Shown: positions 25,733 to 34,457 of the stretch, piece after piece
Layout: each line of letters opens with the position of its first letter
How positions within the stretch are numbered: position 1 is the first letter of the stretch
Virus record (IMG/VR): IMGVR_UViG_3300031452_000012
Coordinates: 1 to 37,064 of that record
From: a virus
Lineage: Duplodnaviria; Caudoviricetes
Length of the DNA: 37,064 nucleotides
Direction: 5' to 3' (one strand)
Program-made: the position numbers and the translations under genes
Notes under the pieces: model-generated
Databases searched by the model: none
The model's input: only the letters and a program-made list of their open reading frames with translations
What the model was told of the DNA's origin: nothing

Positions 25733-25756
25733 GGCCCTCCCCAATTGGGGAGGGCC
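25733..25756. promoter_or_regulatory. CCAATTGGGGA motif copy 3 within a perfect 24-bp palindrome
   Basis: GGCCCTCCCCAATTGGGGAGGGCC abutting the GGAG RBS of the 25721 gene. Confidence 0.6.
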
Positions 25757-25781
25757 TCCAGGTACGGGATTAGGCGTTCAG

Positions 25782-26951
25782 CTACGCATTCAGATTCAGC
25801 GTCCGGCAGGCGTCGGCCAAGATCTTGTCATGGCCGACGACCTCGGTGATGACGATCTCGTTGAACTGCTGGGAGATCCACTTGTTCGTCTCGGTCATGG
25901 TGCCGCCGATCTCGTTGAGCTGCTCCAGGCCGAACCGCTTGTCCAGCCCGAACAGGATGCCGGGCGTCATCGAGGGCAGGTAGATCAGGCGAATGTTGTT
26001 GAACAGGCCCTGGGGCAGTTCCAAGTTGTTCTCGACGGGGCCGGGCCGCAGCAAGGTGAACACGTTCTGGGCGTTCAAACCGGGCATCGCCATCGTCAGG
26101 ATGCTCACGATCTCGTTTTTGCCGCCCACCACGGTCGTCAGGTCGTAGGGGTAGAACGAGAGCTGCCACTGGAGCCACGCCTTGTAGGTCAGAGTGCCGG
26201 GCGCGGTGGCGGGGTCAAGCGCCGTCAGGTTCGAGTTAATGGCCGGATTGCCGTTGCCGTCGCCGTTGATGCCGACGTCGATGGCGCTTGCGGCCTTGTC
26301 CAGGCCCGCCTGCAAGGCGATCTGCGAGACCAGGATGCTGAAAAGGTCGATGCGGATGCGGCGCAGGGCCTCATAGGTGATCTTGAGCGACCGCCCGTAC
26401 TTGAACAGGTTCGCGACCTGCTCCTTCTCGCGGATCGTCGTCGGCGGGATCTCGGCCCCCTGGGCGACGCGGGCCATCTGGCGGTACTGGATGTTGCCGG
26501 TGAACGGGGAGGGAATGTCGAGGTAGGGCATCCGCACCGCCGCGCCGTCCACGGGCGTGTAGTTTGCGATCAGCTCGTCCAGCACGTCGAGCTGCACGAG
26601 CGGGGCGCGCAGCGTCCGGTTGATGAACTCGGGGAACAGGATCGGGCTGAACGGCTGGTCGCTCGCGAAGAAGCGCTCCATCGTGTGGCAGTAGACGCCC
26701 GCCTTCTCATCGCTCGCCGTGCGGATGTTGCAGTGGCGCAGCAGCTCCTCGTAGGGGTCCAGGCCGTCGTCGCTGCGGATCTGGCCCTCGGCGTTCGCTT
26801 TGAACGCGCCCGACTCCAGTGCCCGCTCGGCGATCCAGGTGGAGAACGGCACCTTGTCCTTGGCCGCCTCCTTGTAGAGCTGCATGCCGCGCTCGGGGTG
26901 GGCGTCGAACGCGCGGAACGTATCCAGAAATCCTTCAATCACTTCGGGCAT
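25782..26951 (-). CDS. Major capsid protein (HK97 fold)
   Basis: LFPEFINR..VAQGAEIP..KYGRSLKITYEAL..IDLF; position. Confidence 0.9.
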   Translation of the reverse strand: MPEVIEGFLDTFRAFDAHPERGMQLYKEAAKDKVPFSTWIAERALESGAFKANAEGQIRSDDGLDPYEELLRHCNIRTASDEKAGVYCHTMERFFASDQPFSPILFPEFINRTLRAPLVQLDVLDELIANYTPVDGAAVRMPYLDIPSPFTGNIQYRQMARVAQGAEIPPTTIREKEQVANLFKYGRSLKITYEALRRIRIDLFSILVSQIALQAGLDKAASAIDVGINGDGNGNPAINSNLTALDPATAPGTLTYKAWLQWQLSFYPYDLTTVVGGKNEIVSILTMAMPGLNAQNVFTLLRPGPVENNLELPQGLFNNIRLIYLPSMTPGILFGLDKRFGLEQLNEIGGTMTETNKWISQQFNEIVITEVVGHDKILADACRTLNLNA

Positions 26952-26981
26952 AATGCGCTCCCTTCAAGCCTTTAGGGCTTC

Positions 26982-27021
26982 TACAAGATCTCGTTTACAA
27001 GATCTCGTTTACAAGATCTCG
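26982..27021. repeat. Tandem repeat 14 bp x~3 over stop codon
   Basis: TACAAGATCTCGTT. Confidence 0.93.
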
Positions 27022-27416
27022 ACGATGCAGGTCAATCCGGCGGTGTCCACCGACGCGACCACGTTGTTGCCGGACGCGGCCTTGACGACCTTGCCGGTCC
27101 CGTCCACGTTGACGGGCTGGCCGATGACGGGGGCCGTGACGTCATTCAGCGGGTAGGCGAGGGTCATGTATCCCTCGTCCTGGACCGTCACGTTCAGGTC
27201 CGCCTCGACGGCCTTGAGCCTCCCGATCAGCGGATTGCCGGTCGCCCCCAGCCCCACCTGGCCGTTGCCGACGAGCGTCACGGCCAGCCCGATCTGGGGC
27301 GAGTGGTTCATGCCGTAGGTCGGCACCTGGCTGAAGGTGACCGTCCCGTCGCTCTTGAAGGTCGAGCCGTGGTAGTTCAGCTCGTCGTAAAACCGGATGT
27401 CACGCGGGTTCGACAT
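27009..27416 (-). CDS. Capsid decoration/cement protein
   Basis: Between scaffold and capsid; VTVQDEG..IGQPVNVDGTGKV pattern; AGGAG RBS. Confidence 0.7.
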   Translation of the reverse strand: MSNPRDIRFYDELNYHGSTFKSDGTVTFSQVPTYGMNHSPQIGLAVTLVGNGQVGLGATGNPLIGRLKAVEADLNVTVQDEGYMTLAYPLNDVTAPVIGQPVNVDGTGKVVKAASGNNVVASVDTAGLTCIVEIL

Positions 27417-27445
27417 GATGCAGTCTCCTGGCCGCCGGGCGGCCC

Positions 27446-27524
27446 GTCTTGATTAGCGGCCCGTGGTCTTGATTAGCGGCCCGTGGTCTTGATTAGCGGC
27501 CCGTGGTCTTGATTAGCGGCCCGT
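27446..27524. repeat. Tandem repeat 20 bp x~4 over stop codon
   Basis: GTCTTGATTAGCGGCCCGTG. Confidence 0.97.
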
Positions 27525-29012
27525 CTTGAAGTGGCGGGCGGGCGGGGCCTTTTTGGTCGCCCCCTCACCGCCCTCGAATCCGTGGATGGGGACCGTCTGA
27601 CGCCCGCCCGTCCCGAGCGGCTTGCCGTCTTTGTCCAGCCCCGAGAGGCGCTGCCGGGCCTGACCGTCCCAGTCGTCGCGCATGGCCTTGATGTCGGCCA
27701 CGCTGCGGACCGGGTCCCCCAGGATCTTCTCGTACACGGCTTTCGAGAAGTGCTCGCCCTGGGCGCGGACGCCCGCCGCGAGCGCGTCCTTGATCAGGTC
27801 CTTGCGGTACGCCCGCCCGTCCTCGCCGTCGGCCTTCAGGGCGCGCGCCTGCTCCACGGTTTCGACGCCCGCCGCGCGGAACTGGGCCAGCAGCTCGGCG
27901 TCACCAGCGGCGATCACGAGCGACCGCTCCATGCCGGCCAGGACCGGCTCGACGTCGGTGCTATCGTCGGCCATCTCGCCGCGCGCCGTCTCCAGCGCCT
28001 TCAGGACGTCGCCCGGCAGCTTCTGGCCCGAACGCACGATCACGGCGTCCAGCAGTTTTTTCGCGTTCATGTCGTCTCCCCCTTGCCCCCGGCGGGCGGC
28101 TTCACTTTTGCGGGCGCTGTCGTTTTCGTCGGTCTTGCTTTCGTCGGTCTTGCTTTCGTCGGTCTTGCTTTCGTCGGTCTTGCCCGGCAGGCTGTAGAAT
28201 GTGCGGTCCCCGCTGAGCGCCATCCGGTAGTGCTCCTCCAGGTAGCCGACTTCCCGCGCCCCGATCAGATTCTCGACGATGGCCTGCTCCGTCTTGTCCA
28301 GGGCCGACCGGGAGAACATCGCCCCCGGCGTGGACCCGGCGGCGACCCCGGAGAACTCCTGGAGCCGCGCGCCCCTCACGGTGTAGGTGGCGATCTTGCC
28401 GTTCTCGGTCTTGCGGCTGGTGCCGGGGATGTGGGGGCAGGCCGCGTAGTCGCGGATGTCGCCCCCGCACACGTCGCAGACCGACTTCCCGCCGTAGAAG
28501 CCGACCGAGCCGTCCCGGACGGTGCCGCCGTCCACGGAGCGCATCATGTCGTCCGTGCCGAGCGAGGCGTCGCCGTTCGGCTTCAGCCCCCGGAGCATAT
28601 AGATTCCGGCCCTGGCTGACTTGCGCGCCGCCGCGCCGGTCCCCGTGCCACTGCCCTCGTCATAGGCACCCTCGTAGGTGTGCCCCAGCGGCAGCTCCCC
28701 GCCCATGCGCCCCATCCGGTGCGAGTTCATGAACGGCACGCCCGTCCCCGCGTCCGAGGCGAAGTTTTTGAGCGTCGCCTCGTCCATGCGCGAGAAGTGG
28801 GAGTCCAGGGCGTCCGTGCTCATCACGGCGGGAAAGATGTGCAGGCCATCCGCCGTCTGGGGCGTCCGCGCGTGCTTGCGGTTGATGACCTTGACGGCCC
28901 GGTCCAGGGCGGCGGCGTGGTCGTCCTCCGTCATCGCCTCGAAGCGCGCGCGGGCGAGCGTGTCGCCCTCGGCCATCGCCCCCACGTAGCGTTCCAGCGG
29001 CGTCTGCGTCAT
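27513..29012 (-). CDS. Prohead protease fused to scaffold
   Basis: DSHFSR, MNSH, DGSVGF..CDVC..CPHIPG, EFSGV..GS protease motifs; helical C-terminal half. Confidence 0.85.
   Translation of the reverse strand: MTQTPLERYVGAMAEGDTLARARFEAMTEDDHAAALDRAVKVINRKHARTPQTADGLHIFPAVMSTDALDSHFSRMDEATLKNFASDAGTGVPFMNSHRMGRMGGELPLGHTYEGAYDEGSGTGTGAAARKSARAGIYMLRGLKPNGDASLGTDDMMRSVDGGTVRDGSVGFYGGKSVCDVCGGDIRDYAACPHIPGTSRKTENGKIATYTVRGARLQEFSGVAAGSTPGAMFSRSALDKTEQAIVENLIGAREVGYLEEHYRMALSGDRTFYSLPGKTDESKTDESKTDESKTDENDSARKSEAARRGQGGDDMNAKKLLDAVIVRSGQKLPGDVLKALETARGEMADDSTDVEPVLAGMERSLVIAAGDAELLAQFRAAGVETVEQARALKADGEDGRAYRKDLIKDALAAGVRAQGEHFSKAVYEKILGDPVRSVADIKAMRDDWDGQARQRLSGLDKDGKPLGTGGRQTVPIHGFEGGEGATKKAPPARHFKTGR
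28124..28183. repeat. In-frame repeat 15 bp x4 (KTDES)
   Basis: TTTCGTCGGTCTTGC. Confidence 0.97.
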
Positions 29013-29332
29013 CAGCGTGTGCCCTCCGCCCGCGCCGGGCGCGTCTCAACCCGCAGCTTCGGGAGCGGCTTGCCCGTGTTCTCCCCCAGCGCCTTCCGGC
29101 CCTCTTCCGTCAGGCTGACGACGGTTTCAACCGCCGCCAGTTCGCCCTTTACGATCTCCGCAGCGTCTTTCAAATCATTGGCCTGCGCCGAAATGCCATG
29201 CAGGCACGCCGCGCAGACGAGCGTGTTCGCGCCGTCCCGCTGCTGCGTCACGACGGGCTGAAACTGCCGGCAGCCTTCGCAGTGGACGCGCTTCTTGTCA
29301 GGCGAGAACTTCAAGCTCATCTTCAAGCTCAT
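29012..29332 (-). CDS. Small Zn-ribbon protein (start 29332 or 29320)
   Basis: CEGC..CAAC; overlaps portal 3' end; stop overlaps protease start. Confidence 0.6.
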   Translation of the reverse strand: MSLKMSLKFSPDKKRVHCEGCRQFQPVVTQQRDGANTLVCAACLHGISAQANDLKDAAEIVKGELAAVETVVSLTEEGRKALGENTGKPLPKLRVETRPARAEGTR

Positions 29333-30926
29333 CTTCAGCCTCGGTTTTCTTTTCCTGCCACATTCGGCTAAACAGGGTTTCAAGATCATCTTCGGACAGG
29401 CTGCGGGAGGCGGCGGGCGCTTCCGCAGACGGTGCCTGGACCGGCGGGACCACGCTCGCAAGGATGCCGGCGACGGGCGGGCCGACGGCGGCGCTGCCGG
29501 TGATCTCGATGCTGCTCTCGTCGTGCGACTGGTAGCCCAGGGCTTCCTTCAGGGCGGCGTTGATGATCTCTTTGTTCTCGGCGTTCGCCACCAGCAGCCG
29601 GTTCGCCGTCTTGATGGCGGCGAACTCGCACGTCACCTGGCACTGGCGGCCCATCAGCTCAAGGTACAGCTTGAAGAACGCCGCCATGACGCTCGTGATG
29701 GCCTCCTGGGCCGAGGCGATCCCCTCGGCGAAGATTTCGAACTGGACTGAGCCGTGGGTTTCGGTCGTGCCCTCGTTCGAGGCCATCAGGATCGGCATCA
29801 TCTTCAGCGCCTTGATGATGCGCCGCTCGATGGCGCGGGACAGCGGCGTCACAAGCCCCAGGATGTTCGTGCCGCTCTTGGCCGAGACGATGTCGACCTC
29901 CACACTGTCGAACTGAATGAATGCGTCCTCGGGTGCCAGGTCGTTGAACGCCGCCGTCACTTCGTCGAGCCGGTCGTCAAGCCACGCCCCGTATTTATTC
30001 GGGTCGTTCTTGATGGGAGCCGGGCAGGTTTTCGCCAGGATTTCCTCGATGACCTTGACGGTGTATTTCGGGGTGCCGACGCCGTGGACGATCTTCTTAA
30101 GGTCCGCGAGGAACTGGATGTCGAAGAAGACCTCGTTGATGACCGTCGCTGAGGGGATGCGCCCGTAGGGGTCGTCAATCGTCGGGTCGCAGGGGACGTA
30201 CTGGACCAGAAGGTCATTCAAGCGTCGGTAGCCGCCCGCCGAAGCTCCGGGAACACCTTTGGCGGCGATCGTACTCTTGGCGGCGATCGTACTCTTGGCG
30301 GCGATCGTACTGGCCGCGGCTTTCGCGCCCGGCGACAATGCCTGGTAGAGCTGCTGCTGGAACATGACCAGCTCCTGGCTTGCGGCGTCGCGGTCAAACT
30401 GGATCGTGAACGGGTTGACCGGGAACAGGTCGAGCACGTCCTTCAGGTCGTCGGTCAGGGCCATCTCCATGCACACCGCGCCGAACAGGTACCACGACAG
30501 CATGAGCTGGATGTGGACTGATTTCAGGCCGCCGGCCTTCCTGTTCAGGCGCGGCACAATCGCGTCGAGGAGCACCTTGCTTTCCGGGTCTTCGTCCCCC
30601 GCCGGCGTGTGGACCGAGTAGGAGAACGCCTTCGTGCCGAGTCTGAGCACGTTCCAAAGGGCGAGGCCGACGTCGGTGTGACTGTCGGCGAGGATCTGCA
30701 TGAGCTGCCAGGGCGCGAAGTCCTCGGGCCGGTAGCGTAAGAGGTCGAGGCCGGCGAGCATCCGGCGCGGCACGAACGCATACGGCATCCCGCCGAACGG
30801 GTTGACGTTCTGCGGCTGGGTCTGCCGCCCGCCCGCGCCCTTCAGGAGTATGCGCCTGACGCTAACGGCTTCAGTCCTGTTTTCTTGTTCAGTCGTGTTT
30901 TCTTGTGCCGCGTTAGCGTCTGGCAT
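29298..30926 (-). CDS. Portal protein
   Basis: 542 aa after TerL; LFGAVCME, DLFPVNP, DDPYGR motifs. Confidence 0.85.
   Translation of the reverse strand: MPDANAAQENTTEQENRTEAVSVRRILLKGAGGRQTQPQNVNPFGGMPYAFVPRRMLAGLDLLRYRPEDFAPWQLMQILADSHTDVGLALWNVLRLGTKAFSYSVHTPAGDEDPESKVLLDAIVPRLNRKAGGLKSVHIQLMLSWYLFGAVCMEMALTDDLKDVLDLFPVNPFTIQFDRDAASQELVMFQQQLYQALSPGAKAAASTIAAKSTIAAKSTIAAKGVPGASAGGYRRLNDLLVQYVPCDPTIDDPYGRIPSATVINEVFFDIQFLADLKKIVHGVGTPKYTVKVIEEILAKTCPAPIKNDPNKYGAWLDDRLDEVTAAFNDLAPEDAFIQFDSVEVDIVSAKSGTNILGLVTPLSRAIERRIIKALKMMPILMASNEGTTETHGSVQFEIFAEGIASAQEAITSVMAAFFKLYLELMGRQCQVTCEFAAIKTANRLLVANAENKEIINAALKEALGYQSHDESSIEITGSAAVGPPVAGILASVVPPVQAPSAEAPAASRSLSEDDLETLFSRMWQEKKTEAEDELEDELEVLA
29309..29337. 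repeat. Repeat 12 bp x2.4 in gene overlap
   Basis: CTTCAAGCTCAT; EDEL in portal frame, MSLK in the other. Confidence 0.85.
30259..30311. repeat. In-frame repeat 18 bp x~3 (STIAAK) in portal
   Basis: TTGGCGGCGATCGTACTC. Confidence 0.95.
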
Positions 30927-32361
30927 CAGGTCTCTTATTCCAGCCGCTCGCGCCCCGGATCACGGGACGCGCCGAGCCGGTCCACTCTTCGTCGTCGGTG
31001 ATGGCGTCCGCGTGGGCCACGACGTAGCGGGCGTCGTCGAGGCCGTGGTCGTTCTTCTTGACGGGGGCCTCGCCCTTCTTCTGGCCGTTGGTCACGTCCC
31101 AGACGTAGCCACCGATCTCTTCCTCGGTGCAGGTCGGCTTGTTCGCTTCCCTCAGCTCCGCATCCACTTCGTAGAGGGAGTCGCGCAAAAACAGCAGGCG
31201 AGGCTTTCCGTCGCCGGCTGGGCGGAGCCGGCTTGCGACCGCCTGGATGCCGGGCGAAACGTCCTTGTAGGCCGCGGTCGTCGTCAGCCCGATCTTGCGC
31301 TCCAGGGTCGCCCGATCCTCGGCGTCGTGGTCGCAGACGATGGCAATCGGCGGCGGGTCGCCTTCGCTAGCGCGCTTGATGTCCTCGGCGTGGTCCTCGA
31401 CCAGCCCATGCGTCTTGTATATCTCGCGGTAGCGCAGCAGCCGCCCGTCCGGGTCCTGCGCCCAGGCCTGCCAGACGAAGGGGTTGGTGTAGCCGAAGTC
31501 CACGCCCCAGAGGCGCGGCCAGTCATCGGGGATGCCGTGCTGGAGGCCGTAGCGCGGGTCATCGCGGTGGATGAGGTGGACGGCGGGATCGTAGCCGTCG
31601 TAGATCATGCCCTCGGCGGCCACCCACAGCCCCTTGCGGAGCCGGGAGAAGCGCACGCCCGTCAGCGCGTCGAGCTTGGCGAGGTAGTCATCCGTGACCG
31701 ACGGATTGTCCTCGTGGCGGCTTTCGATCAGGCGCGTCTGGCCGCTGTCGGCGCGGCGCTTCAGCCAGTGGGTCGGGGCGTCAGGGTTGGTGTCGCCGAA
31801 GAGCTGCTGGTAGGGCATGACGCCGTTCCGCAGGCGGGTCGTGCAGGCCTCCCAGTCGTTCTCCTCAAGCTCGATAGCCTCCTGGACGTAGATCATGTCG
31901 TACTCGGTGGACATGACCTTCTGCGCTTTATCGAGGCCGCCGACGATGATCTCCGAGCCGTTCGGGTAGTGGTAGCCCTGGCGCATCCGGCGCTGGCTGC
32001 CGCCGCAGATCGCGCTGCCCTCCGGGAGCACCTTGTCCTCGTAGGTGACAAGGGCCGCTTCCGTCAGGCTCTCGCGCGTCTTTCGGACGATCAGGCCGCG
32101 CATCCCCGGATACTTCAGGGCGCACAGGTGGAGCTTTTCCAGGCAGGCGCGGCTCTTGCCGGTGCCGGCGGGGCCGCTCATCACGACCTCGCCGTCACGG
32201 GCGAGCATGACCTCCAGGCCCCCGCCATAGGGCTGGTAGGGGCGGTTGGCGGGACTTAAATCAGACCTCGTCCGTATGCTAGGCGAACTGGAGCTAGACG
32301 GCTTCGGTATCGAAGCCGATGTAGGCTTTGATCGTCTCGCCGCCGCTTGTGATGTCGGCAC
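30913..32361 (-). CDS. terL: Terminase large subunit (PBSX-like; start uncertain)
   Basis: Walker A GPAGTGKS, Walker B MIYVQE, DTNP..HW, GVDFGYTNP, NDHGLDDARY. Confidence 0.93.
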   Translation of the reverse strand: MPTSQAAARRSKPTSASIPKPSSSSSPSIRTRSDLSPANRPYQPYGGGLEVMLARDGEVVMSGPAGTGKSRACLEKLHLCALKYPGMRGLIVRKTRESLTEAALVTYEDKVLPEGSAICGGSQRRMRQGYHYPNGSEIIVGGLDKAQKVMSTEYDMIYVQEAIELEENDWEACTTRLRNGVMPYQQLFGDTNPDAPTHWLKRRADSGQTRLIESRHEDNPSVTDDYLAKLDALTGVRFSRLRKGLWVAAEGMIYDGYDPAVHLIHRDDPRYGLQHGIPDDWPRLWGVDFGYTNPFVWQAWAQDPDGRLLRYREIYKTHGLVEDHAEDIKRASEGDPPPIAIVCDHDAEDRATLERKIGLTTTAAYKDVSPGIQAVASRLRPAGDGKPRLLFLRDSLYEVDAELREANKPTCTEEEIGGYVWDVTNGQKKGEAPVKKNDHGLDDARYVVAHADAITDDEEWTGSARPVIRGASGWNKRPDARR

Positions 32362-32641
32362 TGTCTCCCCACTCCTCGCGGCGGCGGCGTTTCAGCCATT
32401 CGAGCGCCGCCCGCCATTCTGTTGCGGCGGCCGCTGTGAGAAGTGTCGTCATCTTGACCGCCGCGTATGCCTCCGCGCTTTCGATAAGAGCCGCAAAATC
32501 CGCATTACTGCGAACCCAACGCACGAGGGTGTCTGGGGAAATCCCTACGCTTCCCGCTGAGTCTTTACGGGTGCAGCCGCTGCGCAAGAGAGTAGCGATC
32601 TGCTCGGCTTTTTTGTCATCATATTTTGTGGGACGCGCCAT
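32294..32641 (-). CDS. terS: Terminase small subunit
   Basis: MARPTKY, HTH GISPDTLVRW, WRAALEWLKRR..EWG; directly upstream of TerL. Confidence 0.8.
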   Translation of the reverse strand: MARPTKYDDKKAEQIATLLRSGCTRKDSAGSVGISPDTLVRWVRSNADFAALIESAEAYAAVKMTTLLTAAAATEWRAALEWLKRRRREEWGDSADITSGGETIKAYIGFDTEAV

Positions 32642-32645
32642 CTTT

Positions 32646-32712
32646 GAATGTGTGGGTTATGATTGGAGAATGTGTGGGTTATGATTGGAGAATGTGTGGG
32701 TTATGATTGGAG
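32646..32712. repeat. Tandem repeat 22 bp x3 upstream of terS
   Basis: GAATGTGTGGGTTATGATTGGA. Confidence 0.97.
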
Positions 32713-32807
32713 CGAGTGGGTCGGTTCGACACGCCATCTCCGGGCTGGAAACCCGGCATCTTGCTTAGAAGACACTCGCATGGACCAAGGTTGTTTAACG
32801 GCAACAG

Positions 32808-32836
32808 TTGACAACAAGCGCCGTTTGTGTCATAAT
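32808..32836 (+). promoter_or_regulatory. Sigma-70 promoter of ASCH gene
   Basis: TTGACA 32808-32813, 17 bp, TGn-CATAAT 32831-32836. Confidence 0.7.
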
Positions 32837-32841
32837 AATCT

Positions 32842-33315
32842 ATGGCAAACATTCATATCGCCTTTGTGCGAAAACCCACCGCGCGCCTGCTTCTGTCCGG
32901 CGCGCAGACTTGCGAAAGCAGGCTCTCCATTCGCCTGCACCCTGCCGCTGGCACTGGTCCAGGAGACGGGCTGATATTCAAATGCGGCGATGGAGTCGGT
33001 CTTGCCCGCGTGTCTCGCGTGGAGAATTACACCGACCTGCTCCCTTCGGACGTACAAGCCCTGTCAGAACTCTACACGCGCGAAGTGGACGGCCCGCGCC
33101 CCGATCCAGAATACTGGGCATCAAAGGGACGGGCGCGCTATGCCACTTTTTTGCACCTGGAATGCGTGGAGTCGGTGCATATCCCCTCGCGTCTGCTGCC
33201 GACGACGATGTTTGCTTGGATACAAGACTTCGCCCCGTCGGCAGAAGTCAAGGCAGCGATACAGGCGTCACGACAAGGCCGTCTGTCAATGGATACACCC
33301 ACTTTCGGCGACTGA
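32842..33315 (+). CDS. ASCH/PUA-like domain protein
   Basis: HIAFVRKP..LLLSGAQTCESR..PGDGLIFK..ARVSRV follows ASCH pattern, with Q at the usual K. Confidence 0.65.
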   Translation: MANIHIAFVRKPTARLLLSGAQTCESRLSIRLHPAAGTGPGDGLIFKCGDGVGLARVSRVENYTDLLPSDVQALSELYTREVDGPRPDPEYWASKGRARYATFLHLECVESVHIPSRLLPTTMFAWIQDFAPSAEVKAAIQASRQGRLSMDTPTFGD

Positions 33316-33838
33316 CGCGGTGCGTCTCCCGCACTTGCAGGTTTTTAAGCCCGCCGCGTTTAGAAACCGCCTGCTTGGAAAGCGTTTGCCCGTCGGCAAG
33401 AGTCACATGGCTGCTATAGGTATGCGCCTGTTGCGGCACCCACCCTGCCGCACGATACGCAGTCGCCGCCTCGTCAGAGTCGCAGTATGTTAGGAGCATC
33501 TTCAGGTGCGGATATTGGTTACGGACAAGGCGCACGGCGACGCCGAGAATCCGGCTCTCGCTGTTGGCAGGCGGCACGTCCGATACCCACATCTTACGCA
33601 GCTCCAAAGCGTCGTAGAGCCGGAGTCCATAGGCTTGCACGGCGAGATTAACACAGGGGGCACCCCAGGTCAAAACCCCTTGCAGTCTTGCATCCCAGAA
33701 CACGCCCAAGGCGAAGGAAAAGCCCAAGGCGAAGGAAAAGCCCAACCCTTTTCCAAGCGGATGGTGCTTTTCTAGAAAAGCACTCGCCCGCGTATTACTC
33801 ACGAGGCTGAGTCTGAGCAATCGTTTTAATTCGCTCAA
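33248..33838 (-). CDS. Mom-like (GNAT-fold) DNA modification protein
   Basis: FLEKHH..LQGVLTWG..LELRKMWVSD..NSESRIL..LLTYCD..YRAAGW pattern. Confidence 0.7.
   Translation of the reverse strand: MSELKRLLRLSLVSNTRASAFLEKHHPLGKGLGFSFALGFSFALGVFWDARLQGVLTWGAPCVNLAVQAYGLRLYDALELRKMWVSDVPPANSESRILGVAVRLVRNQYPHLKMLLTYCDSDEAATAYRAAGWVPQQAHTYSSHVTLADGQTLSKQAVSKRGGLKNLQVRETHRVSRRKWVYPLTDGLVVTPVSLP
33704..33745. repeat. In-frame repeat 18 bp x2.3 (LGFSFA)
   Basis: GCCCAAGGCGAAGGAAAA. Confidence 0.9.
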
Positions 33839-34403
33839 GCACCTGTCCTCCGCCGCGCTTCGGGTCTATCGGGTCGGGGCCGCTTTCGCCAATGAAACTT
33901 TTGATTGCATCCTCGTCCGTCTCATCATACCAAAGGGTCATCGCGTGCTTTGTGTTAGGGGTAATAGAGGGGAACTCATCAGGGCTAGCCAGGTCGGCGA
34001 TCAACTGGTCAAGCGCGCCCCCGTCAAACCCCGTCCCCGCCAAGCCCTTGTCCGTCGCCGCGAGTTCCGACAGCAGCTCCGCCAGGGCGTCCGGGTCGTC
34101 GTTGCCGAGCCTCGCGGTTCGGTTGTCCGCGAGCAAGATGCGCAGGGCGGCCTCGTCGTCCACGTCCACCCAGGTCACGGGCAGCTCGGAATAGCCGAGT
34201 TCTTTGGCGGCGGCATAGCGGTGGTTCCCGGCGAGGATCTTACGGGTTCCGCGTTGCACGACGAGCGCGCCGAAGAAGCCGTTCGCCGCGATGCTCTCGT
34301 GGATGGCCCCGAAGTCGCCGTGGTTGACGTTGCGTTCGTGGACGATGAGCCGCGAGATCGGGACCATCTCGAAATCGCCCGCAGTATTCAGGTGTCGGGG
34401 CAT
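33795..34403 (-). CDS. ParB/Srx N-terminal domain protein
   Basis: SIAANGFFGALVV..ILAGNHRYAAAKELG..LADNRTA. Confidence 0.85.
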   Translation of the reverse strand: MPRHLNTAGDFEMVPISRLIVHERNVNHGDFGAIHESIAANGFFGALVVQRGTRKILAGNHRYAAAKELGYSELPVTWVDVDDEAALRILLADNRTARLGNDDPDALAELLSELAATDKGLAGTGFDGGALDQLIADLASPDEFPSITPNTKHAMTLWYDETDEDAIKSFIGESGPDPIDPKRGGGQVLERIKTIAQTQPRE

Positions 34404-34421
34404 GTTCTATCCCTGATGATT

Positions 34422-34438
34422 TGTCGCCAATTGGGGAC
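34422..34438. promoter_or_regulatory. CCAATTGGGGA motif copy 4
   Basis: TGTCGCCAATTGGGGAC, identical to 18512-18528. Confidence 0.55.
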
Positions 34439-34457
34439 GCTCAGACGTTTGCAAGAT

